Source: Dictyostelium discoideum
Lineage: Eukaryota
Direction: 5' to 3'
Length of the DNA: 64,000 nucleotides
Assembly (NCBI GenBank): GCA_000004695.1
Contig: CM000151.3
Location: 4,128,001-4,192,000, forward strand
A model generated the notes under the pieces. That model was given only the letters and a program-made list of their open reading frames with translations. It had not been told where the DNA came from and did not search any database. Of this stretch, positions 39,738 to 58,531 are shown one piece after another; position 1 is the first letter of the stretch; each line of letters begins with the position of its first letter. Both the position numbers and the translations under genes were made by a program.

Positions 39738-41395
39738 CAAAATTTGATTTTTTATTTTTTTTTAATAATATTCTAAAAATAAAATATATATACTAACATT
39801 TTCACATATTTAATTTTTTTTATAATTTATAGAATAGCGCAAGTTATGTTAACTTTTTCGTTAACTTTATTAACTCAACCAGTAATATTGAAATCATCCA
39901 ATATTTACTCACTCTTATCAATGAAATTATTGAAAGTAGGTTTTTTATTTTTTTATTTTTTGGAAAATTTTCCAAACTTTTTTTTTTTTTTTTTTTTAAA
40001 ATCTTGTAAATACTAATATCTTTTTTTTTTTTCCCTATTTTTTTTTTTTTTTATTTTTTTTTTTTAGTTGACCCAAGAGCAGCAGGTGCATTCTCAAAAA
40101 TTACCAAAGATGACGATAAATCATACCCATATTCAGTATTCTTTAGATTATTAAATCGTGAAGATGCTTACACTAACCTCCACGCAAGTATTGCTCTTGC
40201 ACAAATCATGTGGTAATTATCTAAAACAAAAATATTTATTATTTAATTTAATTTTTTTTAAAATACTAATATTTCATTTTTTATTATTATTTTTTTTAAT
40301 TTAAATTAAAAAGTGCTGGTAAACCAACTCAAAATGATGTTGAATCATTTTTCAATTGGATTCTCAAATTATTAAGAAAGAATAACTCATCAGAAGTTGA
40401 AGTTGGTCTCATCGCTTTGCAATCACTCTTATTAAAGGATGATTTCAGAATTTTCTTTAATAATATTGATGGTTCTGCTTTGTATGTACAATTTTATTTA
40501 TTTTTTTTAAAAATCAATTAGAGAGTGTGTGTGAATGTAATAAATTAACAATTACTTATTTATTTTATTTTTTATAAACAATATTCTAGATTATTAAATA
40601 TTTTACAAGCATTATCAACCTCATCAGTTAATATTCAATTATTATATGAAACTATTTATGCAATTTGGTTATTAACCTATAATAAAGATATTGCAGCAGC
40701 TTATTCAGGAACTGGTTTAGTTGCAAATTTAGTTCAACTCGTCAAAACTGTAGCCAAGGAAAAGATTGTTAGATTATCATTATCAACCTTGAGAAATCTT
40801 TTAAACAATGGTAAGAGTAACGAAGAAATGATCGATAATGGTTTCGTTCGTATGTTAAATATTTTAAATATTAAAAAATGGGGTGATGATGATATTCCAG
40901 CTGATATTGAAGTTTTAATTAATGGTCTTGCTAAAGATATTGATAATATGAGGTAAATAATAATAATAATAATAATTTATAATTTTATAAATTTATTTAT
41001 ATATTAATACATTTTATTTTATTATCATTAGTTCATTTAATAAATATAAAACTGAAATTATTTCAGGTGAATTAGAATGGACACCAGTTCATAAATCAGA
41101 GAGATTCTGGAAAGAGAATATCTCAAAATTCGAAGAAAACAACTATCAAGTCATTAAACACTTACATCAAATTTTAAAGACAAGTCAATCAACTCCACTT
41201 CAATTATCAATTGCATGTCATGATCTTTGTGAATTCGTTAGACATCATAGTCGTGGTAAAGCTATCATGACTATTACAAATCAAACCAGATATCATGGGT
41301 ATGATGTCAAATCAAATGAAGAAGTAAAGAACCAAGCTTTATTCGCTTTACAAAAAATGATGTTAAATAATTGGGAATATTTAAATGCTAAATAA
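39400..41395 (+). CDS. vatH: V-type H+-ATPase subunit H (V1 sector, SFD), 6 exons, 445 aa
   Basis: Exons 39400..39594, 39833..39935, 40068..40212, 40314..40481, 40590..40952, 41032..41395 (phases 0/1/2/2/2; total 1338 nt). Exon 6 acceptor cattag|TTCATTT chosen over the proximal tttcag, which would give an in-frame TGA. It yields SSFNKYKTEIISGELEWTPVHKSERFWKEN, matching human ATP6V1H [30 protein letters not shown]; C-terminus ..ACHDLCEFVRHHSRGK..ALFALQKMMLNNWEYL. Confidence 0.9.
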
Positions 41396-41605
41396 ATTAA
41401 TAAAATAAAATAAAATAAAATAAAATTTAATCAAAAAAAAAAAAAAAAAAAAAAAAGTACAAATAAATAAAAAAATAAATAAAAAAATAAAATAAAAACA
41501 AAACAAAAAGTAGTAATATATATAGAGTTAAAACAAAAGTAAACCAAACCAAACCAATAAATATTCTTTCTTTTTTTTTTATTATTTTTTTATTTTTTAT
41601 TAATT

Positions 41606-44600
41606 TTAATTTAACCAATCTAAAAAACAATTATAATCATAACTTTTTGATAATTGATTTTTTAAATGTTGTAATAGCGATGGATTATTTTTAATTTCAC
41701 CACCATTTTCATATAAATATTTTAAATAATCAATTCTATTTGAATCAATTGCTTTTGATATCATTGAATTTGTAATATTAAAATAATTACTATTTGGAAT
41801 TGAATTTATAATTAAATTTCTTAAATCAATATCAAAACAGTATTGACCAAATAATAATTCTAAATCTTTATCATTAATTGGTTTTAAACAATCATTACCA
41901 ATGAATAAATGTTTAAATTTGATAAACATTGGAATTGAAATATTATTACAATCTTTATAAATTATTCTATTCCAATATTCATTATAACCACTATTATCAT
42001 TATTATTATTATCAGTATTATTATGAATTAGTGATTTATAATGAATTTTAAAAATGTGATGAATAAAATCAGCATTTTTTAATAAAATTTCTGTTATTTC
42101 TTTATCAATAATTTTAAAATTTTCATTCATAATTAGTTCTAAAAAAGATTGATAAGATGAAAAACTAATTAATTTTTTAAAAGCGTGGTTGGATAATACC
42201 TTATTTGAGTCTACAATTAATTTTTTAGAAAATAAGAAAATTCTTCCCATAAATACTGGTTGGATATTTAAATGTTCACAATGATTACAATTGGTGAATG
42301 ATTGTCGATGTTGAGGTTGATGATATTGGTATCTTGTCATGTAAGGGAACGTATCGACTATTAGAGATCTATTATTTAAAAATTGATTTTGAATGTAATC
42401 TAAATGGTTGAGGAAAAGATCTTCTCTTTTAATGTCAAGGAAATAATGTAAATTTGAATTAATCGTTTCATTTAAGTAATCCTCTTCTGTGAATAATAAT
42501 GATTCATCATCTGTCATTGGTTTATAAGATAATGCATCAATTAATTTCTCTAATATTAAATCAAATGATGTATGTGTATCTGTATCTTTACCAAGTATGA
42601 AATCAAATGTAAAAACATGTAAATTTAAATACTTTCTAATATCATAACCTGGATGTTGAGGATTATCTGAACAATTGTAATAGGGGGTGGTTCCATCATC
42701 GTCGTCAGTGAATATCGAGTAAATGAAAGGGCGTGACATTATATATCTTGCTAATAGGGGTGACTTTATTGAAAGATAAAAAACTACATGATAAAGTGAA
42801 TGATCTATTATAATGTGTTTAGAACTACTACTACCACTACTTGAAATTTGATTATAAATATTTTTTATAACTTGAATTGTAACTTTTTTAACACTTAATA
42901 ATACTTTAAATAGATGATTTATAATTATATGAAAAGCATAATCTTGATCATTATCATTATCATCATCCTCTTCTTTTGTGTAGTTTTCATACATTTGTAA
43001 AAATATTTGAATTAAGGTTATTACTTTTTCACAATTATCATTTGAAATTGAATAAAATTTTGCACATTTTGATAAAGGTGAATAAATTGGATCTTTATAT
43101 CTAATTAAAAGTGATGATGAAATATCTTGAATTGGGAAAAACCCATTTCCAATCATTAATTTAATTTGATTAATTGATAATTTTTCAATTGATTTTAAAA
43201 ATATATGACTCGCTTCATCAATGAAATCATTGAAATTAATTTTTAATTTTAATAATTCATTCTCTTTAATTCTATCTGGAATTGATTTAATCACCCTTTT
43301 AACAAGATTCGGTTTAAAGAATTTAAATTGATTATCATTTAAATATTGAATGAAATTAATAATTTCTTCATCACTTAAATTTGATGAAAAAAAAAATTGT
43401 TTTTCTGCAAATAATCTAATTGTTATATTGAACCCATATAAAAAGAAATCATCACCTTTTGTTGAATACAAGTATTTCATTTGTTCAATATTACAATCTC
43501 TAATTGATTTTATAAATGGGTAGCTATAAAGAACCATTCTTGAATTAATTTGAGTATAATCATCATCATCTTGATTATTATTATTATTAAAATAAAGGTA
43601 ATGATCTCTTGGTAAACTACTAAACAAATTTGAAGCATAATTTAGTAATTGAAAATTTTGAAAATGAAAAAATTCTTGACTTTTAAAATTCCTAATTGAC
43701 CTTTTTAAAAATTCTTTTTCACAATTTTCAAAAATCCAATCAATTTGTAAATTATCTTTAATTTCAACTGATAATAATATTGAATTGCTATCTGCTATTA
43801 TTTTAATTAGTTCATTCCAACTATTTGGAAAGAAATTTAAAAATTCAATATTATTAATTGAATTTAGTAATTCTTTATATTCAATTTCTATATTTGATGA
43901 TGATGATGATGATGTTTTTGATAAATTTTTTAAAATATAATCTTGAATAATTTTATTATGATTGAAATGAAAACATTGAAAATAATCATAATTTGTTGTA
44001 TAGAAATTTATAAATTCAATCATTTCTTGTTTACTTTTATATTCACGTGAAATTGATAATGGTATAGTGGTTTCTCTTGAATGAGGTTTAGAATATTTTA
44101 ATTTAAATTGTTCTAAATCTTGTTTTGAAATGGTTTTCAATGCTTTTACATTAAATGTAGCTATTGAAATTTTAATAAAATCCATTAAATTATTTTCTTT
44201 AAGATTTGGTATAATTTCACCATATCTACTATAATAAACTAAATGGTCTAAATAAATTGAATCGTATAAATTTACAATTGTTGGATTTAGTAGTAAGTAT
44301 TTATGCAATTCTTTAACTCTTAATTCCCTATTATAATCTAATAGTATTTCATTGATTTTATATTTATTGTCAACTAGATTTGTTAAATTTAATTCATGGA
44401 AATTTAAATCAATTAATTTATTTTGAATATTTGAATTGTTAATTAACAATATTAAAGATAGGCCGAAATTTTCATTTTTTGGTATAAATTTTAAAATTCT
44501 TTCTCTACCATTTCCATTGAAATTTATATTGATATCTAAATTTGAGTAATCGGTATTGTATAGTTTAGGATTTGATAGAATTAATTCGATTTTCTCTTCA

Positions 44601-45217
44601 ATGGTTTTAATTGAGGTTGAATTTAAATTTGTGAATGTCAATGATCTATTCTTAAAATCTTGTGTGATAAATAAGTTTGGTGAATTTATTAAAATTGATA
44701 AAGTATTTGGTTGGAGGAATTCAATTGCACATTCTAATAATGTTGAATAAATTTGGAATGATGAAGATAGTGATGACAGATTTGAGAGTAATAATTGGAA
44801 TATGTTATAGGTATTTTTGAAACGAAGTGAATTTGATGTGATTATTGGTAAAGTTGGTAACATTTCATTTATTATTTTTATAAATTGATTTTTTTTATTT
44901 GATTGAAATAATTGGGTTAATAATTGTTCAATTAATGATGGATCATTTATTGAGAATAATTCTTTAATTGATTTTTTATTAATCTCTATAATTTCATCAT
45001 TTGAATTGATTTTTAATTTTAGTAATTCAAATTGTTCATTATTTATCATCCATTCCATCGATGTTATATTTTCAAATCTTTTTCTATTATCAACATGGTA
45101 TCCTAAATAGACATAATTTACCCATTCACATTTATGGATTTCTTTTAATATAATTGAAAATAAATATTTATTATGAAAAACTTTCCAAAATAATATCTCT
45201 ACATTTGGTGATTCCAT
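41606..45217 (-). CDS. Large (1203 aa) lineage-specific protein, single exon, member of a paralogous family with N-terminal LFWKVF.NK.LF motif
   Basis: Likely start MESPNVEILFWKVFHNKYLFSIILKEIHKCEW.. at 45217 (the ORF-track start at 45346 lies in poly-A/T-derived KKKK/FFFF codons). Continuous ORF, no recognisable catalytic motifs; N-terminal about 100 aa alignable to the gene at 62323 (LFWKVFKNKILFKQIF..EWMVRNGYLELLKDKV). Confidence 0.65.
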   Translation of the reverse strand: MESPNVEILFWKVFHNKYLFSIILKEIHKCEWVNYVYLGYHVDNRKRFENITSMEWMINNEQFELLKLKINSNDEIIEINKKSIKELFSINDPSLIEQLLTQLFQSNKKNQFIKIINEMLPTLPIITSNSLRFKNTYNIFQLLLSNLSSLSSSFQIYSTLLECAIEFLQPNTLSILINSPNLFITQDFKNRSLTFTNLNSTSIKTIEEKIELILSNPKLYNTDYSNLDININFNGNGRERILKFIPKNENFGLSLILLINNSNIQNKLIDLNFHELNLTNLVDNKYKINEILLDYNRELRVKELHKYLLLNPTIVNLYDSIYLDHLVYYSRYGEIIPNLKENNLMDFIKISIATFNVKALKTISKQDLEQFKLKYSKPHSRETTIPLSISREYKSKQEMIEFINFYTTNYDYFQCFHFNHNKIIQDYILKNLSKTSSSSSSNIEIEYKELLNSINNIEFLNFFPNSWNELIKIIADSNSILLSVEIKDNLQIDWIFENCEKEFLKRSIRNFKSQEFFHFQNFQLLNYASNLFSSLPRDHYLYFNNNNNQDDDDYTQINSRMVLYSYPFIKSIRDCNIEQMKYLYSTKGDDFFLYGFNITIRLFAEKQFFFSSNLSDEEIINFIQYLNDNQFKFFKPNLVKRVIKSIPDRIKENELLKLKINFNDFIDEASHIFLKSIEKLSINQIKLMIGNGFFPIQDISSSLLIRYKDPIYSPLSKCAKFYSISNDNCEKVITLIQIFLQMYENYTKEEDDDNDNDQDYAFHIIINHLFKVLLSVKKVTIQVIKNIYNQISSSGSSSSKHIIIDHSLYHVVFYLSIKSPLLARYIMSRPFIYSIFTDDDDGTTPYYNCSDNPQHPGYDIRKYLNLHVFTFDFILGKDTDTHTSFDLILEKLIDALSYKPMTDDESLLFTEEDYLNETINSNLHYFLDIKREDLFLNHLDYIQNQFLNNRSLIVDTFPYMTRYQYHQPQHRQSFTNCNHCEHLNIQPVFMGRIFLFSKKLIVDSNKVLSNHAFKKLISFSSYQSFLELIMNENFKIIDKEITEILLKNADFIHHIFKIHYKSLIHNNTDNNNNDNSGYNEYWNRIIYKDCNNISIPMFIKFKHLFIGNDCLKPINDKDLELLFGQYCFDIDLRNLIINSIPNSNYFNITNSMISKAIDSNRIDYLKYLYENGGEIKNNPSLLQHLKNQLSKSYDYNCFLDWLN

Positions 45218-46380
45218 TTTATTATTAAAAAGTAAAAAATAGGAAAAAGGAAAATAATAAAAAAAAAAAGAAAAAAAAAAAAATAAAGAATCCAAACTTG
45301 TTTTTTTTTTTTTTTTTGATTTATTAAAAAAAATTGGTATTGGCAAAAATGTGAGAGACTAATTAATATTTGAAAATTTTAAAAAAAAAAAAAAAAAAAT
45401 AAAAATAAAATAAAAATAAAAATAAAAACCCATCAAGGCGTTTATTGGACTAAAATTATTTGAAAATTTTTTTTTTTTAATTTTTTTTTTTTTTTTAAAA
45501 AAATTTTCAAAACATTTTTTAGAAAAAAAAAAATTCACATTTTTTTATTTTTATTTCATTTTTATTTATTTATTTATTTATTTTTATTTATTTATTTATT
45601 TATTTTTATTTTTCTTAAAAAAAGAAGATTTTCAATTTAAGGTAAGAAGAAAAAAAAAAAAAAAAAAAAAGAAAACAAGCAAAAAAAAAAAAAAAAAAAA
45701 AACAAGCAAAAAAAAAGAAAATAAATTAAAGAAAATAAAAAAAAAAAAAAAAAAGAAAATAAAAAAAAGAAACAAACAAACAAACAAACAGAAATAAAAA
45801 ATAATAAAAATAATAAAAATAAATAAAAAAATTAATCACAACTGATTTTACCCCCTCAATTCAAAAAATTGTTGTTTGGTGTGATAATACTATATATAAT
45901 GAATTTTTTGTATGTGCAAAAATAGAAAAAAAAAGAAAAAAAAAAAAAAAAGAAAAAAAAAGAAAAAAAAGGGAAAAAAAAAAAACACACACACACACAC
46001 ACAAACCCACTTTGTGCATTTTTGATTTAATTTTCAAACAACCCAATTTTTTCAATTGGCTTTTATTTGGGAAAGTGTGTTTTTTTCCTTTTTTTTTTTT
46101 ATTTTTGGGTGTGTTATGTAAATAAAAATAGAAATATATTATTTTGAAAAAAAAAAAAAAAAAAAATTATTTTTATCATCATTAATTATTTTTATATTAT
46201 TATTTAAAAAAAAAAAACAAATTAATTTTTTTTTTTATTATTTTTTTTTTTTTATATTCTTCAATATTTTTTTTTTTACCTCCTATTACTTTTTTTCATA
46301 ATTATTTGTAATATTCATATTAATAAATAAATTTAAATTTTTTATTTTTTTTAAATTTTTTCACAATAATAAAAAAAAAA

Positions 46381-48090
46381 ATGGCAACAAAAGGATTAAA
46401 TATGGATGATTTAGATCTTTTATTAGCAGATTTGGGAAGACCAAAGAGTTCAATAAAAGTAACAGCAACTGTTCAAACAACCGCTACACCATCAAGTGGT
46501 AAAAATTTTGATAATAGTGATATTCAAAATGAAATTCAATCAATTATTGAAGAATTGGACCAACAACCACAAACCGTTCAAACCATTAGTACACCAGCAC
46601 CAAAAAATCATAATACAACCACCACAACTGCAAGTTTCTCAGTTTCATCACAACCAGCACCACAACCACCACAACAATCACAACAAATTGATGGTTTGGA
46701 TGATTTGGATGAATTGATGGAATCATTGAATACATCAATCTCAACTGCACTCAAAGCAGTACCAACCACACCAGAAGAACATATTACACATGCCAATTCA
46801 AATTCACCACCACCATCATTACATAAGAATACATCTTCAACCAATTCTGCATCTTCATTATCACGCCCAAATAATAATCCAAGTGTTGTTTCAACACCAC
46901 AACCAGGAAAAGTTACATCAACTGCAACCATTACCACTAAAAAACAACCAGCACTTTCAAAAGCAACTTTGGAAACAACTAGTGGTAATAATGTATATAG
47001 TTCACAACCATCACAATCACAACCACAACCATATAAAGTTACAGCAACTAATTCACAACCAAGTAGTGATGACCTTGATGAATTATTAAAAGGTCTTAGT
47101 CCATCCACCACTACTACCACTACTGTACCACCACCAGTTCAACGTGATCAACATCAACATCATCATCAACATCAACATCATCATCATCATAATCCAAATC
47201 ATAATCAAACTCAAACTGTAACAACACAAATTAATATTGGTAGAACAAATACTCCAAACAATAACAATAACAATAATACAAATTCACCAAAAGTTGTACA
47301 TGGTGATGATTTAGATAATTTATTAAATAATTTAACATCACAAGTTAAAGATATTGATTCAACAGGACCAACATCACGTGGTACATGTGGTGGTTGTCGT
47401 AAACCAATCTTTGGTGAAACTATTCAAGCAATGGGTAAATTCTATCATCCAGAACATTTCTGTTGTCATAATTGTCAAAATCCATTGGGTACTAAAAACT
47501 ATTATGAACAAGAATCATTACCACATTGTGAAAAATGTTATCAAGAATTGTTTTGTGCACGTTGCGCTCATTGTGATGAACCAATCTCTGATCGTTGTAT
47601 CACTGCTTTGGGTAAGAAATGGCATGTACACCACTTTGTTTGCACTCAATGTTTGAAACCATTTGAAGGTGGTAATTTTTTCGAACGTGATGGTCGTCCA
47701 TATTGTGAGGCCGATTTCTATTCAACATTTGCCGTTCGTTGTGGTGGTTGCAATTCTCCAATTCGTGGTGAATGTATCAATGCTTTGGGTACTCAATGGC
47801 ATCCAGAACATTTTGTTTGCCAATATTGTCAAAAGAGTTTCACAAATGGTCAATTCTTTGAATTTGGTGGTAAACCATATTGTGATGTCCATTATCATCA
47901 ACAAGCTGGCTCAGTTTGTTCTGGCTGTGGAAAAGCTGTCTCTGGTCGTTGTGTAGATGCTCTTGATAAAAAATGGCATCCAGAACATTTTGTTTGCGCT
48001 TTCTGTATGAATCCATTAGCTGGTGGTTCTTATACCGCTAATAATGGTAAACCATATTGTAAAGGTTGTCATAATAAATTATTTGCTTAA
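46381..48090 (+). CDS. paxB: Paxillin homologue: 4 LD motifs + 4 C-terminal LIM domains, 569 aa, single exon
   Basis: LD motifs MDDLDLLLADLGR, IDGLDDLDELMESL, DDLDELLKGL, DDLDNLLNNL. Four tandem LIM domains (CGGCRKPI..HPEHFCCHNC.., CARCAHCDEPI..HVHHFVCTQC.., CGGCNSPI..HPEHFVCQYC.., CSGCGKAV..HPEHFVCAFC..CKGCH). Length and architecture match D. discoideum PaxB. Internal ORFs 46496.., 46790.., 47354.., 47663.. are other-frame artefacts. Confidence 0.9.
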   Translation: MATKGLNMDDLDLLLADLGRPKSSIKVTATVQTTATPSSGKNFDNSDIQNEIQSIIEELDQQPQTVQTISTPAPKNHNTTTTTASFSVSSQPAPQPPQQSQQIDGLDDLDELMESLNTSISTALKAVPTTPEEHITHANSNSPPPSLHKNTSSTNSASSLSRPNNNPSVVSTPQPGKVTSTATITTKKQPALSKATLETTSGNNVYSSQPSQSQPQPYKVTATNSQPSSDDLDELLKGLSPSTTTTTTVPPPVQRDQHQHHHQHQHHHHHNPNHNQTQTVTTQINIGRTNTPNNNNNNNTNSPKVVHGDDLDNLLNNLTSQVKDIDSTGPTSRGTCGGCRKPIFGETIQAMGKFYHPEHFCCHNCQNPLGTKNYYEQESLPHCEKCYQELFCARCAHCDEPISDRCITALGKKWHVHHFVCTQCLKPFEGGNFFERDGRPYCEADFYSTFAVRCGGCNSPIRGECINALGTQWHPEHFVCQYCQKSFTNGQFFEFGGKPYCDVHYHQQAGSVCSGCGKAVSGRCVDALDKKWHPEHFVCAFCMNPLAGGSYTANNGKPYCKGCHNKLFA

Positions 48091-48798
48091 AATAAAATAA
48101 AATAAAAAAAAATAAAAAAAAAATCAACAATAAATGGTAATTCCCTCAAAAATAAATATATATATAAATAAATTAAATGTATCAAATAAAATTAATAAAT
48201 AAAAAATTTTGAAAAAAAAAAAAAAAATTTGTTATAATTAAAAAATATTAAAAATTAATATTTAAAAATAAATATTTTTAATATGAAAAGAATTTTTAAG
48301 AATAAATAAATCTTGGAAGGTATGGATTTATTTTCTGGAAAAAATTGATATTTTTATTTCCTTTTTAATTTTTATTTTTTATTTTTTATTTTTTTTTAAT
48401 TTTTTTTTGTTTTTTTTTTTTTTTTTAAGAATTTGTTGGTGGTATATTAAAAAAAAAAAAAAAAAAAGGGAAATAGTATCTAAAAGTAAATCCTTCACTT
48501 ATATATGTAAAATTTTGTTATTACCACAATTATGGGCATTTTTTTTATTTTTTTATTTTTTTAAAATTTAATTATAACAATAATAATGCTTGTTAACTTT
48601 TGTAAATTTTTTGAAAAAAAAAAAAATAATATAAAAAATAAAAAAAAAATTGAAAAAAAAAAAAATAAAATAAAATAAAATAAAAAATTTTAAAACATAT
48701 TAGTTTAAATAATTATTTATTTATAAATATATTAATTTTTAATAATAAATTTAATTATAACATTTTTCTATAATAAAAATAATAAAAATAATTAATAA

Positions 48799-48829
<31 letters not shown>

Positions 48830-48865
48830 TAAAAAAGTCACAACTAAAAAAATTTTGCGAAATTG

Positions 48866-48896
<31 letters not shown>

Positions 48897-49567
48897 GGTA
48901 TTTTATTTTTATGCACACATATACGTTTAGATGAAAGATCTTATATTATAATAACAGGGAACTTTTCATATATAATCATATTCTCAAATACACACACACT
49001 CTCTCTCTCTCATTCACATAAATCCTTTTTCTATACACTATTTGGGATATAGGAAAATAAAAAAAATATTTCTTTTTTTTTAAATTAAAAAGATTAATTA
49101 AGAAAAACTTCAGATTAGAATAAAACACACACACCCAAATAATTTTTCTCTCTCTCTTTTTTTTTTTTTTTTTTTTAATTTTTTTTTTTTTAATTTTTTT
49201 TTTTTAAAACACACAAATATAATTCACAATAATTACGGATTGTGGTGTATGTACAAGTAATATATACATCAATAGTCAAGTTTAAACTAATCAATCAAAA
49301 AACAACTCAAATAATAGGATTTACCTTAGATTATTCAATTCTTTAACCCTTTAAAATTTTATTCAATTGTAAATAAATATAAAAAAGACAACATAAAAAA
49401 AGAAAAACAAAAACAAAAACAAAAAAAATACAAAAAAAAAAGCAAAAAAAAAAAAAAGTTAATAAAAAAAAGCAAAAAAAAAAGTACAAAACTACCAAAC
49501 CAATATCAGTAACAGGTACAATAAATAACAAAATATATAATCTCAAACAGTTTCATACAAATATATA

Positions 49568-55466
<5,899 letters not shown>

Positions 55467-55467
<1 letters not shown>

Positions 55468-55472
55468 TAATA

Positions 55473-55541
<69 letters not shown>

Positions 55542-55612
55542 TAATAATAATAATAATAAATAATAATAATAAATAATAATAATAATAATAATAATAAATA
55601 ATAATAATAATA
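55467..55612. repeat. (TAA)n microsatellite immediately 3' of the nucleotidyltransferase stop
   Basis: taataataataa.. seen directly. Confidence 0.9.
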
Positions 55613-56447
55613 AAAACACCATCATAATATTGATATCAATATTGGTGGATATTGTACATACTAAAAAAAAAATATATATTTATTTGCTAAATATAAACTA
55701 TCTTTATTTTTATTTAAAATTTTATATTTTTTATATGATTATTAAAATAATATAAATTGTGGTGATTAATTATTAATTTTAAAGATTGCATTTGATAAAG
55801 TTTTTTTAATTTTTTTAATAATTTATTACTTCTATATATGTATATATACTTTCAAAATTTTTCTTTTGATCTAGTGTTAGTATGGTAATATTGTTTTTAT
55901 GTGTTTTATTGAATTGATGAATATTAATTTCTCAAATATGTTTTAATAATTTCAAATTAATTGGTTTTTATTTAAATAATTGAGGACCCTCAAAAACTAA
56001 TAAATCATAACTATTATTAATAATTTTTTGAAAATATGAATTCAATAAAATTTTAATCTTCATTTGTTTTTTTTTTTTTTTTTTTTTTTTTTTTCTAAAA
56101 ATAGAAAAAAAAAATCTGAAAAAAAAAAAAAATCAAAAAATCAAAAATAATAAAAATGTTAAATTTTGTCATTTACAGGAAAGAGAAAGAAATTTCAAGA
56201 CTGTTTCAATGTTTGATTGTGTTTATGTTTTTCAAATAAAACATTTGATAGGGGTGGGAAAAAAAAAAAAAAAAAAAAAATGAAAAAAAAAAAAATGAAA
56301 AAAAAAAAAAATTAAAAATAAATAATAAATTTTGACCCACAAATTATTTGTAAATAATTAAACCAATACTGTTTTTTTTTTTTTTTTTAATAAAAGTTAT
56401 ATTTTTATTTAATTTTTTTTTTTTTATTTCTTTGTCCTCCTCTTTGA

Positions 56448-56486
<39 letters not shown>

Positions 56487-56903
56487 CATCAATAGAATCA
56501 TCTTCTTCGTTATCTAAAAAAATAGAAAAAATCAACTTTAATAAATATTATATTATTTACATACAAACATACATACCTTTCATAATTTTAAATATAATAT
56601 ACAAAAATATATAAATAAACACATTTAAAATAAAATTTCCACTTATTATTATTATTAAGTGGACTAGTTTTAGCGATTTTGGATGAAATTTATTTTTTTT
56701 TTATTTTTTTTTTAATTTAATTTTCAAAAAAAAAATTTTAAAATAAAAAAAAAAAAGAAAAAAAAAAAGATAGTTTGTATTTTTTTTTACACATATTTAA
56801 AAGAAAAGAAAAAAAAAGAAAAAAAAAAAAATCTTTTTTTTTATTTGTTTTTTTTAAAAAAAAAAATAAAAATAAAAAGTATAAAAAAAATAAAAAAGAA
56901 AAA

Positions 56904-56945
56904 ATGGATAATCATCATAGTAATTTAAACCACAATAACAATAAC

Positions 56946-56987
<42 letters not shown>

Positions 56988-57660
56988 TTACAAAGAATTA
57001 CAAAATCATATTCATTAAGTGTAAATATTTTATACAATTTTTTGAAATTAAACAAATAATATTAAAAAGTAAAAGATTTAATGTTAATTAAATATTATTT
57101 TTTATAAAAATTTTAGAATGAAGATTTAACACCAAATTCAAAGCCACAACAACAACTACAACAACAACAACCGATTTATTATTCACCTCCATATTCTAAT
57201 AGAGTGATACCAATTGAAAATAGAATCAGTGAAGAAGATAATAATAATAATAATTTTCATTATTTCAATCCAATACCTATTCATCATAACCAACAACAAC
57301 AACAGCAACATAAACAGCAGTTAATGACCAGATCAATATCACCTGGAATACTTAATAATAATAATAATGTTTTATCATCTTCACCAACTTCGACACAGTA
57401 TAATGTATCCTCACCTTTATCAATAAATAATGGTAATAATAAAAAATCAACATCAAAAACATCATTACATAAAAGATCAAATTCACATGGATTACCACCA
57501 AAATCAATATTTCATCATTCGCCTCCTAATAATATTCAAAGTGTATCTTATTTATCACCTTTAATATATACTCAACAACATCAACAACAATTTAGTATTA
57601 GATCAACACCTCATTCTCCAAATATTCTTTCTCCTCCAATTATACCATCACAACATTTAC

Positions 57661-57715
<55 letters not shown>

Positions 57716-58490
57716 CTCAACTACCACTACTACCACTACCACTACCAATAGTAATAACAATAACAATAACAACAATAATAATATTATCACATCCCAACAA
57801 TTACCACCACAAAGCATTTCTTCAATTGTAACTCCAACAACCTCATCACCAATAATAAAGAAAAGAATAGCTAGAAACATTTCTCATACACTTGATGGTA
57901 GTACTATTTTCAATGGTGGTTCTTTTCCCCCAATTCAATCTTCACCATTACATCATGACTCTCCTCCAATTTCACCAAGATTATCAATAAACAATAGTGG
58001 TAATAATAATGATAATAATGACATCAATCATAGAAGGGCTGTATCATGGGAACCACCACTTCAAGGAAAATCGTTAGAAACCTTAAATCAAATTATTAAA
58101 GAGAAAAAAGAGGCACTCATTCAAAGAGAAAAAGAATTAATGCAAAAACAAAAACAATTGGAACAAGAATTCATTCAAAGAAGGGAGAATTTAACATCTT
58201 CTCCACCTATTAATATTCAATCACCATCACAACCACAACAACAATCAATACCCATACCAATTCATTCATCACCAATTCAACAACAACAGCATAGTTACCC
58301 ATTATCACCAAATAATAATAATAACACAGGTTCCTTTATAATCAGTCCTTCATTGAGTTCATGTTCATTACAATCGCAACAACAACAACCACAGCAGCAA
58401 CAACCTCGACCAATTTTAAAACATAATAGATCGAAATCTGATACAAATACAGTTATTAAACTACAACAATTACAACTACAGCAGCAACAA

Positions 58491-58531
<41 letters not shown>

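Noticed and set aside
41060-41067. Proximal tttcag| as the vatH exon-6 acceptor
   Set aside because: It creates an in-frame TGA immediately; the upstream cattag| acceptor (41030-41031) restores a 12-residue segment conserved with human ATP6V1H.
46496-47956. Several 60-170-aa ORFs in other frames or strand over paxB (46496.., 46608..-, 46790.., 47354.., 47663.., 47722..-)
   Set aside because: The frame-1 569-aa ORF has complete LD and LIM architecture; the others are by-products of its His/Gln/Thr codon bias.
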